Source: Eledone cirrhosa
Lineage: Eukaryota
DNA: 64,000 bases
Assembly: GCA_964016885.1 (NCBI GenBank)
Contig: OZ024740.1
Coordinates: forward strand, 11,904,001 to 11,968,000
Direction: 5' to 3'
Translations under genes and position numbers: made by a program
Notes under the pieces: model-generated
Database searches by the model: none
Told to the model about the DNA's origin: nothing
The model's input: only the letters and a program-made list of their open reading frames with translations
Shown: positions 24,113 to 38,300 of the stretch, piece by piece
Position numbering within the stretch: position 1 is the stretch's first letter
Layout: every line of letters begins with the position of its first letter

Positions 24113-26120
24113 GTAGTATAACAGTGTAGTCAGTATAACAGTGTAGTCAGTATAACAGTGTAGTAAGTATAACAGTGTAGTAAGTATAACAGTGTAGTAA
24201 GTATAACAGTGTAGTAAATATAACAGTGTAGTAAGTATAACAGTGTAGTAAGTATAGCAGTGTAGTAAGTATAGCAGTGTAGTAAGTATAACAGTGTAGT
24301 AAGTATAACAGTGTAGTCAGTATAACAGTGTAGTAAGTATAACAGTGTAGTAAATATAACTGTAGTAAATATAACAGTGTAGTAAATATAACTGTAGTAA
24401 GTATAACAGTGTAGTAAGTATAACAGTGTAGTAAGTATAACTGTAGTAAATATAAATGTAGTAAATATAACAGTGTAGTAAGTATAACAGTGTAGTAAGT
24501 ATAACAGTGTAGTAAGTATAACTGTAGTAAGTATAACAGTGTAGTAAATATAACAGTGTAGTAAGTATAACAGTGTAGTAAGTATAACAGTGTAGTAAGT
24601 ATAACTGTAGTAAATATAAATGTAGTAAATATAACAGTGTAGTAAGTATAACAGTGTAGTAAATATAAGAGTGTAGTAAGTATAAGAGTGTAGTAAGTAT
24701 AGCAGTGTTGTAAGTATAGCAGTGTAGTAAGTATAGCAGTGTAGTAAGTATAACAGTGTAGTAAGTATAACAGTGTAGTAAGTATAACAGTGTAGTAAAT
24801 ATAACAGTGTAGTAAATATAACTGTAGTAAATATAACAGTGTAGTAAGTATAACAGTGTAGTAAGTATAACAGTGTAGTAAGTATAACAGTGTAGTAAGT
24901 ATAACAGTGTAGTAAGTATAACAGTGTAGTAAATATAACTGTAGTAAATATAACAGTGTAGTAAGTATAACAGTGTAGTAAGTATAACAGTGTAGTAAGT
25001 ATAACAGTGTAGTAAGTATAACAGTGTAGTAAGTATAACAGTGTAGTAAATATAACTGTAGTAAATATAACAGTGTAGTAAGTATAACAGTGTAGTAAGT
25101 ATAACAGTGTAGTAAGTATAACAGTTTAGTAAGTATAACAGTGTAGTAAGTATAACAGTGTAGTAAATATAACTGTAGTAAATATAACAGTGTAGTAAGT
25201 ATAACAGTGTAGTAAGTATAACAGTGTAGTAAGTATAACAGTGTAGTAAGTATAACAGTGTAGTAAATATAACTGTAGTAAATATAACAGTGTAGTAAGT
25301 ATAACAGTGTAGTAAGTATAACTGTAGTAAATATAACTGTAGTAAATATAACAGTGTAGTAAGTATAACAGTGTAGTAAGTATAACAGTGTAGTAAATAT
25401 AACTGTAGTAAATATAACAGTGTAGTAAGTATAACAGTGTAGTAAGTATAACAGTGTAGTAAGTATAACAGTGTAGTAAATATAACTGTAGTAAATATAA
25501 CAGTGTAGTAAGTATAACAGTGTAGTAAGTATAACAGTGTAGTAAGTATAACAGTTTAGTAAGTATAACAGTGTAGTAAGTATAACAGTGTAGTAAATAT
25601 AACTGTAGTAAATATAACTGTAGTAAATATAACAGTGTAGTAAGTATAACAGTGTAGTAAGTATAACAGTGTAGTAAATATAACTGTAGTAAATATAACA
25701 GTGTAGTAAATATAACAGTGTAGTAAATATAACAGTGTAGTAAGTATAACAGTGTAGTAAGTATAACAGTGTAGTAAATATAACAGTGTAGTAAATATAA
25801 CAGTGTAGTAAGTATAACAGTGTAGTAAATATAACTGTAGTAAATATAACAGTAAATATAACAGTGTAGTAAATATAACAGTGTAGTAAGTATAACAGTG
25901 TAGTAAATATAACAGTGTAGTAAGTATAACAGTGTAGTAAATATAACTGTAGTAAATATAACAGTAAATATAACAGTGTAGTAAGTATAACAGTGTAGTA
26001 AATATAACAGTGTAGTAAGTATAACAGTGTAGTAAGTATAACAGTGTATTAAGTATAAGAGTGTAGTAAGTATAACAGTGTAGTAAATATAACAGTGTAG
26101 TAAGTATAACTGTGTAGTAA
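24113..26120. repeat. 17-bp minisatellite (AGTATAACAGTGTAGTA) with 15-bp variants, ~2 kb
   Basis: Seen directly. Confidence 0.97.
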
Positions 26121-26284
26121 CTAGCTTATAGTAGAGACATTTTCATATAAAGGAAGGAGAAACACCATCAAGTGGTGGTGAGGGGGAGGTTAACTGATAA
26201 TTTAATCATCAATGACCTCCTAGCTTAGTTGTCTCATGTCAAATGAATAATACAATGACCCATCAATGACCTATCACAGACACC

Positions 26285-27010
26285 ACACACACATATATAC
26301 ATTATATCATATATGTGTATACACACACACATATACATTATATCATATGTGTAAACACACACACATATACATTATATCATATGTGTATACACACACACAT
26401 ATACATTATATCATGTATACACACATACATATACATTATATCATATGTGTATACACACATACATTATATCATATATGTATACGCACATACATTATATCAT
26501 ATATGTATACGCACATACATTATATCATGTTTATACATTACACACACATACATTATATCACATGTATTATATGTGTGTGTGCATAATGTACATTACACAC
26601 ACAGACAAATTGTTATATACATGTGTGTATGTATATACATTACAGACAAATTGTTATATACATGTATGTATGTATATACATTACAGACAAATTGTTATAT
26701 ACATGTATGTATGTATATACATTACAGACAAATTGTTATATACATGTGTGTATGTATATACATTACAGACAAATTGTTATATACATGTATGTATGTATAT
26801 ACATTACAGACAAATTGTTATATACATGTATGTATGTATATACATTACAGACAAATTGTTATATACATGTATGTATGTATATACATTACAGACAAATTGT
26901 TATATACATGTGTGTATGTATATACATTACAGACAAATTGTTATATACATGTATGTATGTATATACATTACAGACAAATTGTTATATACATGTATGTATA
27001 TACATTACAC
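26285..27010. repeat. CA/TA-rich repeats including a 41-bp unit, ~10 copies (ACATTACAGACAAATTGTTATATACATGTATGTATGTATAT)
   Basis: 41-bp period from about 26600 to 27010. Confidence 0.93.
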
Positions 27011-27019
27011 AAAGAGCCA

Positions 27020-27957
27020 TACACACACACACACACACAGAGAGGCATACACACACAGAGGCCTACACACACACACACACACAGAGGCATACACACACAC
27101 AGAGGCATACACACACAGAGGCATACACACACACACACAGGCATAGACACACACAGAGGCATACACACACAGAGGCATACACACACAGAGGCATACACAC
27201 ACACAGAGGCATACACAGAGGCATACACACACAGAGGCATACACACACACAGAGGCATACACAGAGGCATACACACACAGACGCATACACACACAGAGGC
27301 ATACACACACAGAGGCATACACACACACAGAGGCATACACACACACACAGAGGCATACAGACACAGAGGCATACACACACACAGAGACATACACACAGAC
27401 AGAGGCATACACACAGAGGCATACACACACACAGAGACATACACACAGACAGAGGCATACACACAGAGGCATACACACACACAGAGACATACACACAGAG
27501 GCATACACACAGACAGAGGCATACACACACACAGAGACATACACACAGAGACATACACACAGACAGAGGCATACACACAGAGGCATACACACAGACAGAG
27601 GCATACACACAGAGGCATACACACAGACAGAGGCATACACACAGAGGCATACACACACACAGAGACATACACACAGACAGAGGCATACACACAGAGGCAT
27701 ACACACAGACAGAGGCATACACACAGAGGCATACACACAGACAGAGGCATACACACAGAGGCATACACACACACAGAGACATACACACAGACAGAGGCAT
27801 ACACACAGAGGCATACACACACACAGAGACATACACACAGAGGCATACACACACACAGAGGCATACAGACACACAGAGGCATACACACACACACAGAGGC
27901 ACATACACACACACACACAGAGAGGCAAACACACACACAGAGGCAAACACACACACG
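27020..27957. repeat. (CA)n-AGAGGCAT compound minisatellite
   Basis: Seen directly. Confidence 0.95.
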
Positions 27958-28047
27958 TTGAAGGAAATATATGGAAGTATCCAATGATGTGTAATTAGTA
28001 CAACTACAACAAAGGATAATCAATAAACATTATTTGGCTGCATAACA

Positions 28048-28137
<90 letters not shown>

Positions 28138-28257
28138 TAGGGAGGGAGTTAGTGAGTCAGTGTGTATGTGTGTGTGTGTGTGTCAGTGAGTGCATATGAG
28201 AGGATGTGTGTGACAAAGAAAAAGGGAGGGAGTCAGTGAGTGTGCATGTGTTTGAGA

Positions 28258-28307
<50 letters not shown>

Positions 28308-28745
28308 TTGAGAGGATGTGTCTGAGTGTGTGTGTGTATTTGAGTCTCACAGTGTGTGTGTGAGAGGGTGTCTCACTGAGTGTGTGTGTGTGTGAGAGAA
28401 GGTGTCTCAATGAGAGTGTGTGTGTGTGTGAGAAGGTGTTTCACTGTGTGTGTGTGTGTGTGTGAGAGAAGGTGTCTCACTGAGTGTGTGTGTGTGTGTG
28501 AGAGAAGGTGTCTCACTGAGTGTGTGTGTGTGTGTGAGAGAAGGTGTCTCACTGAGTGTGTGTGTGAGAGAAGGTGTCTCACTGAGTGTGTGTGTGTGTG
28601 AGAGAAGGTGTCTCACTGAGTGTGCGTGAGGTGTCTCACTGAGTGTGTGTGTGTGTGTGAGAGAAGGTGTCTCACTGAGTGTGTGTGTGTGTGTGTGTGA
28701 GAGAAGGTGTCTCACTGAGTGTGTGTGTGTGAGAGAAGGTGTCTC

Positions 28746-28797
<52 letters not shown>

Positions 28798-30383
28798 AGA
28801 AGGTGTCTCACCGAGTGTGTGTGTGTGAGAGGTGTCTCACTGAGTGTGCGTGAGAGGTGTCTCACCGAGTGTGTGTGTGTGAGAGGTGTCTCACTGAGTG
28901 TGCGTGAGAGGTGTCTCACTGAGTGTGTGTGTGTGTGTGAGAGAAGGTGTCTCACTGAGTGTGTGTGTGAGAGGGTGTCTCACTGAGTGTGTGTGTGTGT
29001 GTGTGAGAGAAGGTGTCTCACTGAGTGTGCGTGAGAGAAGGTGTCTCACTGAGTGTGTGTGTGTGTGAGAGGTGTCTCACTGAGTGTGTGTGTGTGTGAG
29101 AGAAGGTGTCTCACTGAGTGTGTGTGAGAGAAGGTGTCTCACTGAGTGTGTGTGTGAGAGAAGGTGTCTCACTGAGTGTGTGTGAGAGAAGGTGTCTCAC
29201 TGAGTGTGTGTGTGAGAGAAGGTGTCTCACTGAGTGTGTGTGTGAGAGGGTGTCTCACTGAGTGTGTGTGTGAGAGGGTGTCTCACTGAGTGTGCGTGAG
29301 AGAAGGTGTCTCACTGGGTGTGTGTGAGAGAAGGTGTCTCACTGAGTGTGTGTGTGTGTGAGAGAAGGTGTCTCACTGAGTGTGTGTGTGTGTGAGAGGT
29401 GTCTCACTGAGTGTGCGTGAGAGGTGTCTCACTGAGTGTGTGTGTGTGAGAGAAGGTGTCTCACTGTGTGTGTGTGTGTGAGAGGTGTCTCACCGAGTGT
29501 GTGTGTGTGAGAGGTGTCTCACTGAGTGTGCGTGAGAGGTGTCTCACTGAGTGTGTGTGTGTGTGAGAGAAGGTGTCTCACTGAGTGTGTGTGAGAGGGT
29601 GTCTCACTGAGTGTGTGTGTGTGTGTGAGAGAAGGTGTCTCACTGAGTGTGCGTGAGAGAAGGTGTCTCACTGAGTGTGTGTGTGTGTGAGAGGTGTCTC
29701 ACTGAGTGTGTGTGTGTGTGAGAGAAGGTGTCTCACTGAGTGTGTGTGTGTGTGAGAGAAGGTGTCTCACTGAGTGTGTGTGTGTGTGAGAGAAGGTGTC
29801 TCACCGAGTGTGTGTGTGTGTGAGAGAAGGTGTCTCACTGAGTGTGTGTGTGTGTGAGAGAAGGTGTCTCACTGAGTGTGCGTGAGAGGTGTCTCACTGA
29901 GTGTGTGTGTGTGAGAGGTGTCTCACTGTGTGTGTGTGTGTGAGAGGTGTCTCACTGTGTGTGTGTGTGAGAGGTGTCTCACTGTGTGTGTGTGTGTGTG
30001 TGAGAGAAGGTGTCTCACTGTGTGTGTGTGTGTGAGAGAGGTGTCTCACTGAGTGTGTGTGTGTGAGAGAAGGTGTCTCACTGAGTGTGCGTGAGAGGTG
30101 TCTCACTGAGTGTGTGTGTGTGTGAGAGAAGGTGTCTCACTGAGTGTGTGTGAGAGGTGTCTCAATGAGTGTGTGTGAGAGGTGTCTCACTGAGTGTGTG
30201 TGTGTGTGTGTGTAAGTGAGAGAAGGTGTCTCACTGAGTGTGTGTGTGTGTGAGAGGTGTCTCACTGAGTGTGTGTGAGAGAAGGTGTCTCACTGAGTGT
30301 GCGTGAGAGGTGTCTCACTGAGTGTGTGTGTGAGAGAAGGTGTCTCACTGAGTGTGTGTGTGTGTGAGAGAAGGTGTCTCACT

Positions 30384-30415
<32 letters not shown>

Positions 30416-30744
30416 AGGTGTCTCACTGAGTGTGTGTGTGTGTGTGTATGAGAGGGTGTCTCACTGAGTGTGTGTGTGTGTGTGAGAGGTGTCTCACTGA
30501 GTGTGTGTGTGTGTGTGTGTGAGAGAGCGTGTCTCAATGAGTGTGTGTGTGTGTGTGTGAGAGAGGGTGTCTCACTGAGTGTGTGTGTGTGTATGAGAGG
30601 GTGTCTCACTGAGTGTGTGTGTGTGTGTGAGAGAAGGTGTCTCACTGAGTGTGTGAGAGAAGGTGTCTCACTGAGTGTGTGTGTGTGTGTGTGAGAGGGT
30701 GTCTCAATGAGTGTGTGTGTGTGTGTGTGTGAGGGTGTCTCACT

Positions 30745-30783
<39 letters not shown>

Positions 30784-32137
30784 GGTGTGTGTGTGTGTGT
30801 GTGTGTGAGGTGTCTCACTGAGTGTGTGTGTGTGTGTGTGTGAGAGAGAGGGTGTGTGTGTGTGTGTGTGTGAGGTGTCTCACTGAGTGTGTGTGTGTGT
30901 GTGTGAGAGAAGGTGTCTCACTGAGTGTGCGTGAGGTGTCTCACTGAGTGTGTGTGTGTGTGTGAGAGAAGGTGTCTCACTGAGTGTGTGTGTGTGTGTG
31001 AGAGAGAAGGTGTCTCACTGAGTGTGTGTGTGTGTGAGAGAGAAGGTGTCTCACTGAGTGTGTGTGTGTGTGAGAGAAGGTGTCTCACTGAGTGTGTGTG
31101 TGTGTGAGAGAAGGTGTCTCACTGAGTGTGTGTGTGTGTGAGAGGTGTCTCACTGAGTGTGCGTGAGAGGTGTCTCACTGAGTGTGTGTGTGTGAGAGAA
31201 GGTGTCTCACTGTGTGTGTGTGTGTGAGAGGTGTCTCACCGAGTGTGTGTGTGTGAGAGGTGTCTCACTGAGTGTGCGTGAGAGGTGTCTCACTGAGTGT
31301 GTGTGTGTGTGAGAGAAGGTGTCTCACTGAGTGTGTGTGAGAGGGTGTCTCACTGAGTGTGTGTGTGTGAGAGAAGGTGTCTCACTGAGTGTGCGTGAGA
31401 GAAGGTGTCTCACTGAGTGTGTGTGTGTGTGAGAGAAGGTGTCTCACTGAGTGTGTGTGTGTGTGAGAGAAGGTGTCTCACTGAGTGTGTGTGTGTGTGA
31501 GAGAAGGTGTCTCACTGAGTGTGTGTGTGTGTGAGAGAAGGTGTCTCACTGAGTGTGTGTGTGTGTGAGAGAAGGTGTCTCACTGAGTGTGTGTGTGTGT
31601 GAGAGAAGGTGTCTCACTGAGTGTGCGTGAGAGGTGTCTCACTGAGTGTGTGTGTGTGAGAGGTGTCTCACTGTGTGTGTGTGTGTGAGAGAAGGTGTCT
31701 CACTGTGTGTGTGTGTGTGAGAGGTGTCTCACTGTGTGTGTGTGTGTGAGAGAAGGTGTCTCACTGTGTGTGTGTGTGTGTGAGAGAGGTGTCTCACTGA
31801 GTGTGTGTGTGTGAGAGAAGGTGTCTCACTGAGTGTGCGTGAGAGGTGTCTCACTGAGTGTGTGTGTGTGTGAGAGAAGGTGTCTCACTGAGTGTGTGTG
31901 AGAGGTGTCTCAATGAGTGTGTGTGAGAGGTGTCTCACTGAGTGTGTGTGTGTGTGTGTGTGTGTGTAAGTGAGAGAAGGTGTCTCACTGAGTGTGTGTG
32001 TGTGTGAGAGGTGTCTCACTGAGTGTGTGTGAGAGAAGGTGTCTCACTGAGTGTGCGTGAGAGGTGTCTCACTGAGTGTGTGTGTGAGAGAAGGTGTCTC
32101 ACTGAGTGTGTGTGTGTGTGAGAGAAGGTGTCTCACT

Positions 32138-32170
<33 letters not shown>

Positions 32171-32617
32171 AGAAGGTGTCTCACTGAGTGTGTGTGTGTG
32201 TGTGTATGAGAGGGTGTCTCACTGAGTGTGTGTGTGTGTGTGAGAGGTGTCTCACTGAGTGTGTGTGTGTGTGTGTGTGTGAGAGAGCGTGTCTCAATGA
32301 GTGTGTGTGTGTGTGTGAGAGAGGGTGTCTCACTGAGTGTGTGTGTGTGTATGAGAGGGTGTCTCACTGAGTGTGTGTGTGTGTGTGAGAGAAGGTGTCT
32401 CACTGAGTGTGTGAGAGAAGGTGTCTCACTGAGTGGGTGTGTGTGTGTGTGAGAGGGTGTCTCAATGAGTGTGTGTGTGTGTGTGTGTGAGAGGGTGTCT
32501 CACTGAGTGTGTGTGTGTGTGTGTGTGTATGAGAGGGTGTCTCACTGAGTGTGTGTGTGTGAGAGAAGGTGTCTCACTGAGTGTGTGTGTGTGCGTGTGT
32601 GTGAGAGGTGTGTCACT

Positions 32618-32660
<43 letters not shown>

Positions 32661-32801
32661 GGTGTGTGTGTGTGTGTGTGTGTGTGAGGTGTCTCACTGA
32701 GTGTGTGTGTGTGTGTGAGAGAGAGGGTGTCTCAATGAGTGTGTGTGTGAGAGGGTGTCTCACTGAGTGTGTGTGTGTGTGTGTATGAGAGGGTGTCTCA
32801 C

Positions 32802-32832
<31 letters not shown>

Positions 32833-33240
32833 GAGAAGGTGTCTCACTGAGTGTGTGTGTGTGTGAGAGGTGTCTCACTGAGTGTGTGTGTGTGTGTGAG
32901 AGAGAAGGTGTCTCACTGAGTGTGTGTGTGAGAGAGGTGTCTCACTGAGTGTGTGTGTGTGTGTGTATGAGAGGTTGTCTCACTGAGTGTGTGTGTGTGT
33001 ATGAGAGGGTGTCTCACTGAGTGTGTGTGTGTATGAGAGGGTGTCTCACTGAGTGTGTGTGTGTATGAGAGGGTGTCTCACTGAGTGTGTGTGTGTATGA
33101 GAGGGTGTCTCACTGAGTGTGTGTGTGTATGAGAGGTTGTCTCACTGAGTGTGTGTGTGTGTATGAGAGGGTGTCTCACTGAGTGTGTGTGTATGAGAGG
33201 GTGTCTCACTGAGTGTGTGTGTATGAGAGGGTGTCTCACT

Positions 33241-33309
<69 letters not shown>

Positions 33310-33420
33310 AGGGTGTCTCACTGAGTGTGTGTGTGTGTGTGTGTGAGAGGTGTCTCACTGAGTGTGTGTGTGTGTGTGAGAGAGGGTTCCTCAATGAGTG
33401 TGCGGGAGAGGTGTCTCACT
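28048..33420. repeat. (GT)n-GAGAGAAGGTGTCTCACTGA compound satellite, ~5.4 kb
   Basis: Constant core separated by variable (GT)n tracts, with an internal ~1.75-kb duplication. Confidence 0.97.
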
Positions 33421-33430
33421 GAAAATAATA

Positions 33431-33900
33431 GGACTGACTGATGAAGAGAGGGAGAAGGGGAGGACTGACTGATGAAGAGGAGGGAGAAGGGGAGGACTGA
33501 CTGATGAAGACTAACTGATGAAGAGGAGGGAGAAGGGGAGGACTGACTGATGAAGGGGAGGGAGAAGGGGAGGACTGACTGATGAAGAGGAGGGAGAAGG
33601 GGAAGACTAACTGATGAAGAGGAGGGAGAAGAGGAGGACTGACTGATGAAGGGGAGGGAGAAGGGGAAGACTGACTGATGAAGAGGAGGGAGAAGGGGAA
33701 GACTAACTGATGAAGAGGAGGAAGAAGGGGAGGACTGACTGATGAAGGGGAGGACTGACTGATGAAGAGGGAGAAGGGGAGGACTGACTGATGAAGAGGA
33801 GGGAGAAGGGGAAGACTAACTGATGAAGAGGGAGAAGGGGAGGACTGACTGATGAAGAGGAGGGGAAGACTGATTGATGAAGAGGAGGGAGAAGGGGAAA
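33431..33900. repeat. Purine-rich ~32-bp minisatellite (GACTGACTGATGAAGAGGAGGGAGAAGGGGAG)
   Basis: Seen directly. Confidence 0.93.
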
Positions 33901-34037
33901 GCTCAGCTTCAGGAGAGGTGGAGGAGAGCAATGACAGTTGTGATGAGGGGGGGGGGGGGGCACTAGAGAAAAGAAATATCCGTTTTCCCTGACATCTTGC
34001 ATCCCTGTGATGTGAATCACACTCAACAACTGTCTTG

Positions 34038-34055
34038 TAGTAGTAGTGGTGGTGA

Positions 34056-34086
<31 letters not shown>

Positions 34087-34469
34087 GGTAGTGGTAGTAG
34101 TGGTGGTGGTGGTAGTGGTAGTAGTAGTAGTGGTGGTAGTGGTGGTGGTGGTGGTGGTAGTGGTGGTAGTAGTGGTGGTGGTGGTAGTGGTAGCGGTGGT
34201 GGTGATAGTGGTGGTGGTGGTAGTAGTAGCGGTGGTGGTAGTGGTAGTAGTAGTAGTAGTGGTGGTGATAGTGGTGGTAGTGGTGGTGATAGTGGTGGTA
34301 GTGGTGGCGATAGTGGTGGTAGTGGTGGTAGTAGTGATAGTGGTGGTGCTAGTAGTAGTGGTGGTGCTAGTAGTGGCGGTGGTGGCAGCAGTAGTAGTAG
34401 TGGCAGTAGTAGTGGCAGTAGTAGTAGCAGCAGTAGCAGTAGTAGTAGTGACAGTAGTAGCAGCAGCAA
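34038..34469. repeat. (GGT/AGT/AGC)n microsatellite
   Basis: Seen directly. Confidence 0.95.
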
Positions 34470-34487
34470 CAGGGTTCCAGCTTATTT

Positions 34488-37400
34488 CATGTTCACTAAC
34501 AGCAGTTTACCCATCATGTTCACTAACAGCAGCAGTTTACCCATCATGTTCACTAACAGCAGCAGTTTACCCATCATGTTCACTAACAACAGCAGTTTAC
34601 CCATCATGTTCACTAACAGCAGCAGTTTACCCATCATGTTCACTAACAACAGCAGTTTACCCATCATGTTCACTAACAGCAGCAGTTTACCCATCATGTT
34701 CACTAACAACAGCAGTTTACCCATCATGTTCACTAACAGCAGCAGTTTACCCATCATGTTCACTAACAACAGCAGTTTACCCATCATGTTCACTAACAAC
34801 AGCAGTTTACCCATCATGTTCACTAACAGCAGCAGTTTACCCATCATGTTCACTAACAGCAGCAGTTTACCCATCATGTTCACTAACAACAGCAGTTTAC
34901 CCATCATGTTCACTAACAGCAGCAGTTTACCCATCATGTTCACTAACAACAGCAGTTTACCCATCATGTTCACTAACAACAGCAGTTTACCCATCATGTT
35001 CACTAACAACAGCAGTTTACCCATCATGTTCACTAACAGCAGCAGTTTACCCATCATGTTCACTAACAACAGCAGTTTACCCATCATGTTCACTAACAAC
35101 AGCAGTTTACCCATCATGTTCACTAACAGCAGCAGTTTACCCATCATGTTCACTAACAACAGCAGTTTACCCATCATGTTCACTAACAACAGCAGTTTAC
35201 CCATCATGTTCACTAACAACAGCAGTTTACCCATCATGTTCACTAACAGCAGCAGTTTACCCATCATTTTCACTAACAACAGCAGTTTACCCATCATGTT
35301 CACTAACAACAGCAGTTTACCCATCATGTTCACTAACAACAGCAGTTTACCCATCATGTTCACTAACAGCAGCAGTTTACCCATCATGTTCACTAACAAC
35401 AGCAGTTTACCCATCATGTTCACTAACAACAGCAGTTTACCCATCATGTTCACTAACAACAGCAGTTTACCCATCATGTTCACTAACAACAGCAGTTTAC
35501 CCATCATGTTCACTAACAACAGCAGTTTACCCATCATGTTCACTAACAACAGCAGTTTACCCATCATGTTCACTAACAACAGCAGTTTACACATCATGTT
35601 CACTAACAACAGCAGTTTACCCATCATGTTCACTAACAGCAGTTTACCCATCATGTTCACTAACAACAGCAGTTTACCCATCATGTTCACTAACAACAGC
35701 AGTTTACCCATCATGTTCACTAACAGCAGTTTACCCATCATGTTCACTAACAACAGCAGTTTACCCATCATGTTCACTAACAACAGCAGTTTACCCATCA
35801 TGTTCACTAACAGCAGTTTACCCATCATGTTCACTAACAACAGCAGTTTACCCATCATGTTCACTAACAGCAGTTTACCCATCATGTTCACTAACAGCAG
35901 TTTACCCATCATGTTCACTAACAGCAGTTTACCCATCATGTTCACTAACAGCAGTTTACCCATCATGTTCACTAACAACAGCAGTTTACCCATCATGTTC
36001 ACTAACAGCAGTTTACCCATCATGTTCACTAACAACAGCAGTTTACCCATCATGTTCACTAACAGCAGTTTACCCATCATGTTCACTAACAACAGCAGTT
36101 TACCCATCATGTTCACTAACAGCAGTTTACCCATCATGTTCACTAACAACAGCAGTTTACCCATCATGTTCACTAACAACAGCAGTTTACCCATCATGTT
36201 CACTAACAGCAGTTTACCCATCATGTTCACTAACAACAGTTTACCCATCATGTTCACTAACAACAGCAGTTTACCCATCATGTTCACTAACAACAGCAGT
36301 TTACCCATCATGTTCACTAACAACAGCAGTTTACCCATCATGTTCACTAACAACAGCAGTTTACCCATCATGTTCACTAACAACAGCAGTTTACCCATCA
36401 TGTTCACTAACAGCAGCAGTTTACCCATCATGTTCACTAACAACAGCAGTTTACCCATCATGTTCCCTAACAACAGCAGTTTACCCATCATGTTCCCTAA
36501 CAACAGCAGTTTACCCATCATGTTCACTAACAACAGCAGTTTACCCATCATGTTCACTAACAGCAGCAGTTTACCCATCATGTTCACTAACAGCAGCAGT
36601 TTACCCATCATGTTCCCTAACAACAGCAGTTTACCCATCATGTTCACTAACAACAGCAGTTTACCCATCATGTTCACTAACAGCAGCAGTTTACCCATCA
36701 TGTTCACTAACAACAGCAGTTTACCCATCATGTTCACTAACAACAGCAGTTTACCCATCATGTTCACTAACAACAGCAGTTTACCCATCATGTTCACTAA
36801 CAGCAGCAGTTTACCCATCATGTTCACTAACAACAGCAGTTTACCCATCATGTTCACTAACAACAGCAGTTTACCCATCATGTTCACTAACAACAGCAGT
36901 TTACCCATCATGTTCACTAACAACAGCAGTTTACCCATCATGTTCACTAACAACAGCAGTTTACCCATCATGTTCACTAACAGCAGCAGTTTACCCATCA
37001 TGTTCACTAACAACAGCAGTTTACCCATCATGTTCACTAACAACAGCAGTTTACCCATCATGTTCACTAACAACAGCAGTTTACCCATCATGTTCACTAA
37101 CAACAGCAGTTTACCCATCATGTTCACTAACAACAGCAGTTTACCCATCATGTTCACTAACAACAGCAGTTTACCCATCATGTTCACTAACAACAGCAGT
37201 TTACCCATCATGTTCACTAACAACAGCAGTTTACCCATCATGTTCACTAACAACAGCAGTTTACCCATCATGTTCACTAACAACAGCAGTTTACCCATCA
37301 TGTTCACTAACAGCAGCAGTTTACCCATCATGTTCACTAACAGCAGCAGTTTACCCATCATGTTCACTAACAACAGCAGTTTACCCATCATGTTCACTAA

Positions 37401-37937
37401 CAACAGCAGTTTACCCATCATGTTCACTAACAACAGCAGTTTACCCATCATGTTCACTAACAACAGCAGTTTACCCATCATGTTCACTAACAACAGCAGT
37501 TTACCCATCATGTTCACTAACAACAGCAGTTTACCCATCATGTTCACTAACAACAGCAGTTTACCCATCATGTTCACTAACAACAGCAGTTTACCCATCA
37601 TGTTCACTAACAACAGCAGTTTACCCATCATGTTCACTAACAACAGCAGTTTACCCATCATGTTCACTAACAGCAGCAGTTTACCCATCATGTTCACTAA
37701 CAACAGCAGTTTACCCATCATGTTCACTAACAACAGCAGTTTACCCATCATGTTCACTAACAACAGCAGTTTACCCATCATGTTCACTAACAACAGCAGT
37801 TTACCCATCATGTTCACTAACAGCAGTTTACCCATCATGTTCACTAACAACAGCAGTTTACCCATCATGTTCACTAACAGCAGTTTACCCATCATGTTCA
37901 CTAACAGCAGTTTACCCATCATGTTCACTAACAACAG
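34488..37937. repeat. 30/27-bp minisatellite, ~115 copies (CATGTTCACTAACAACAGCAGTTTACCCAT)
   Basis: Highly homogeneous. Variants are AAC/AGC swaps and 3-bp deletions. Confidence 0.98.
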
Positions 37938-37987
37938 CTGTTATTGAACAGATTAAAATAAATTACAGAGGGAAACAATTATGTAAT

Positions 37988-38300
37988 AATAATTGTTTCT
38001 ACTTTTAGGCACAAGGCCAGCAAATACCCAGTACATTACTGGTACTTTATTTTATCGACGCCGTAAGGATGAATGGCATAGTTAACCTCGGCGGGATTAT
38101 GGTTTCTACTATAGACAAGACCAGCGATTTGAAGGTGAGGGGGAAAGTCGATTAAATCGACCCAGTACATTTCTGGTATTTTATTTTATCAATCCCGTAA
38201 GGATGAAAGTCAAAGTTAACCTCAGCGGGATTTGAACTCAGACCATAAAGAGCAGTAACTATGTCACAAAACACAGTGTCCGACACTACCGATACTGCCA
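37988..38300 (-). mobile_element. Two tandem SINE S1 copies
   Basis: Reverse-complement S1 cores at ~38035-38097 and ~38160-38300. Confidence 0.8.

Noticed and set aside
33431-33900. Repeated CTGATGA as a tandem hammerhead array
   Set aside because: No stem II or GAAA follows. It is a simple purine-rich minisatellite.
26266-33931. Many His/Thr and Cys/Val ORFs
   Set aside because: These are readings of (CA)/(GT) repeats that lack stop codons.
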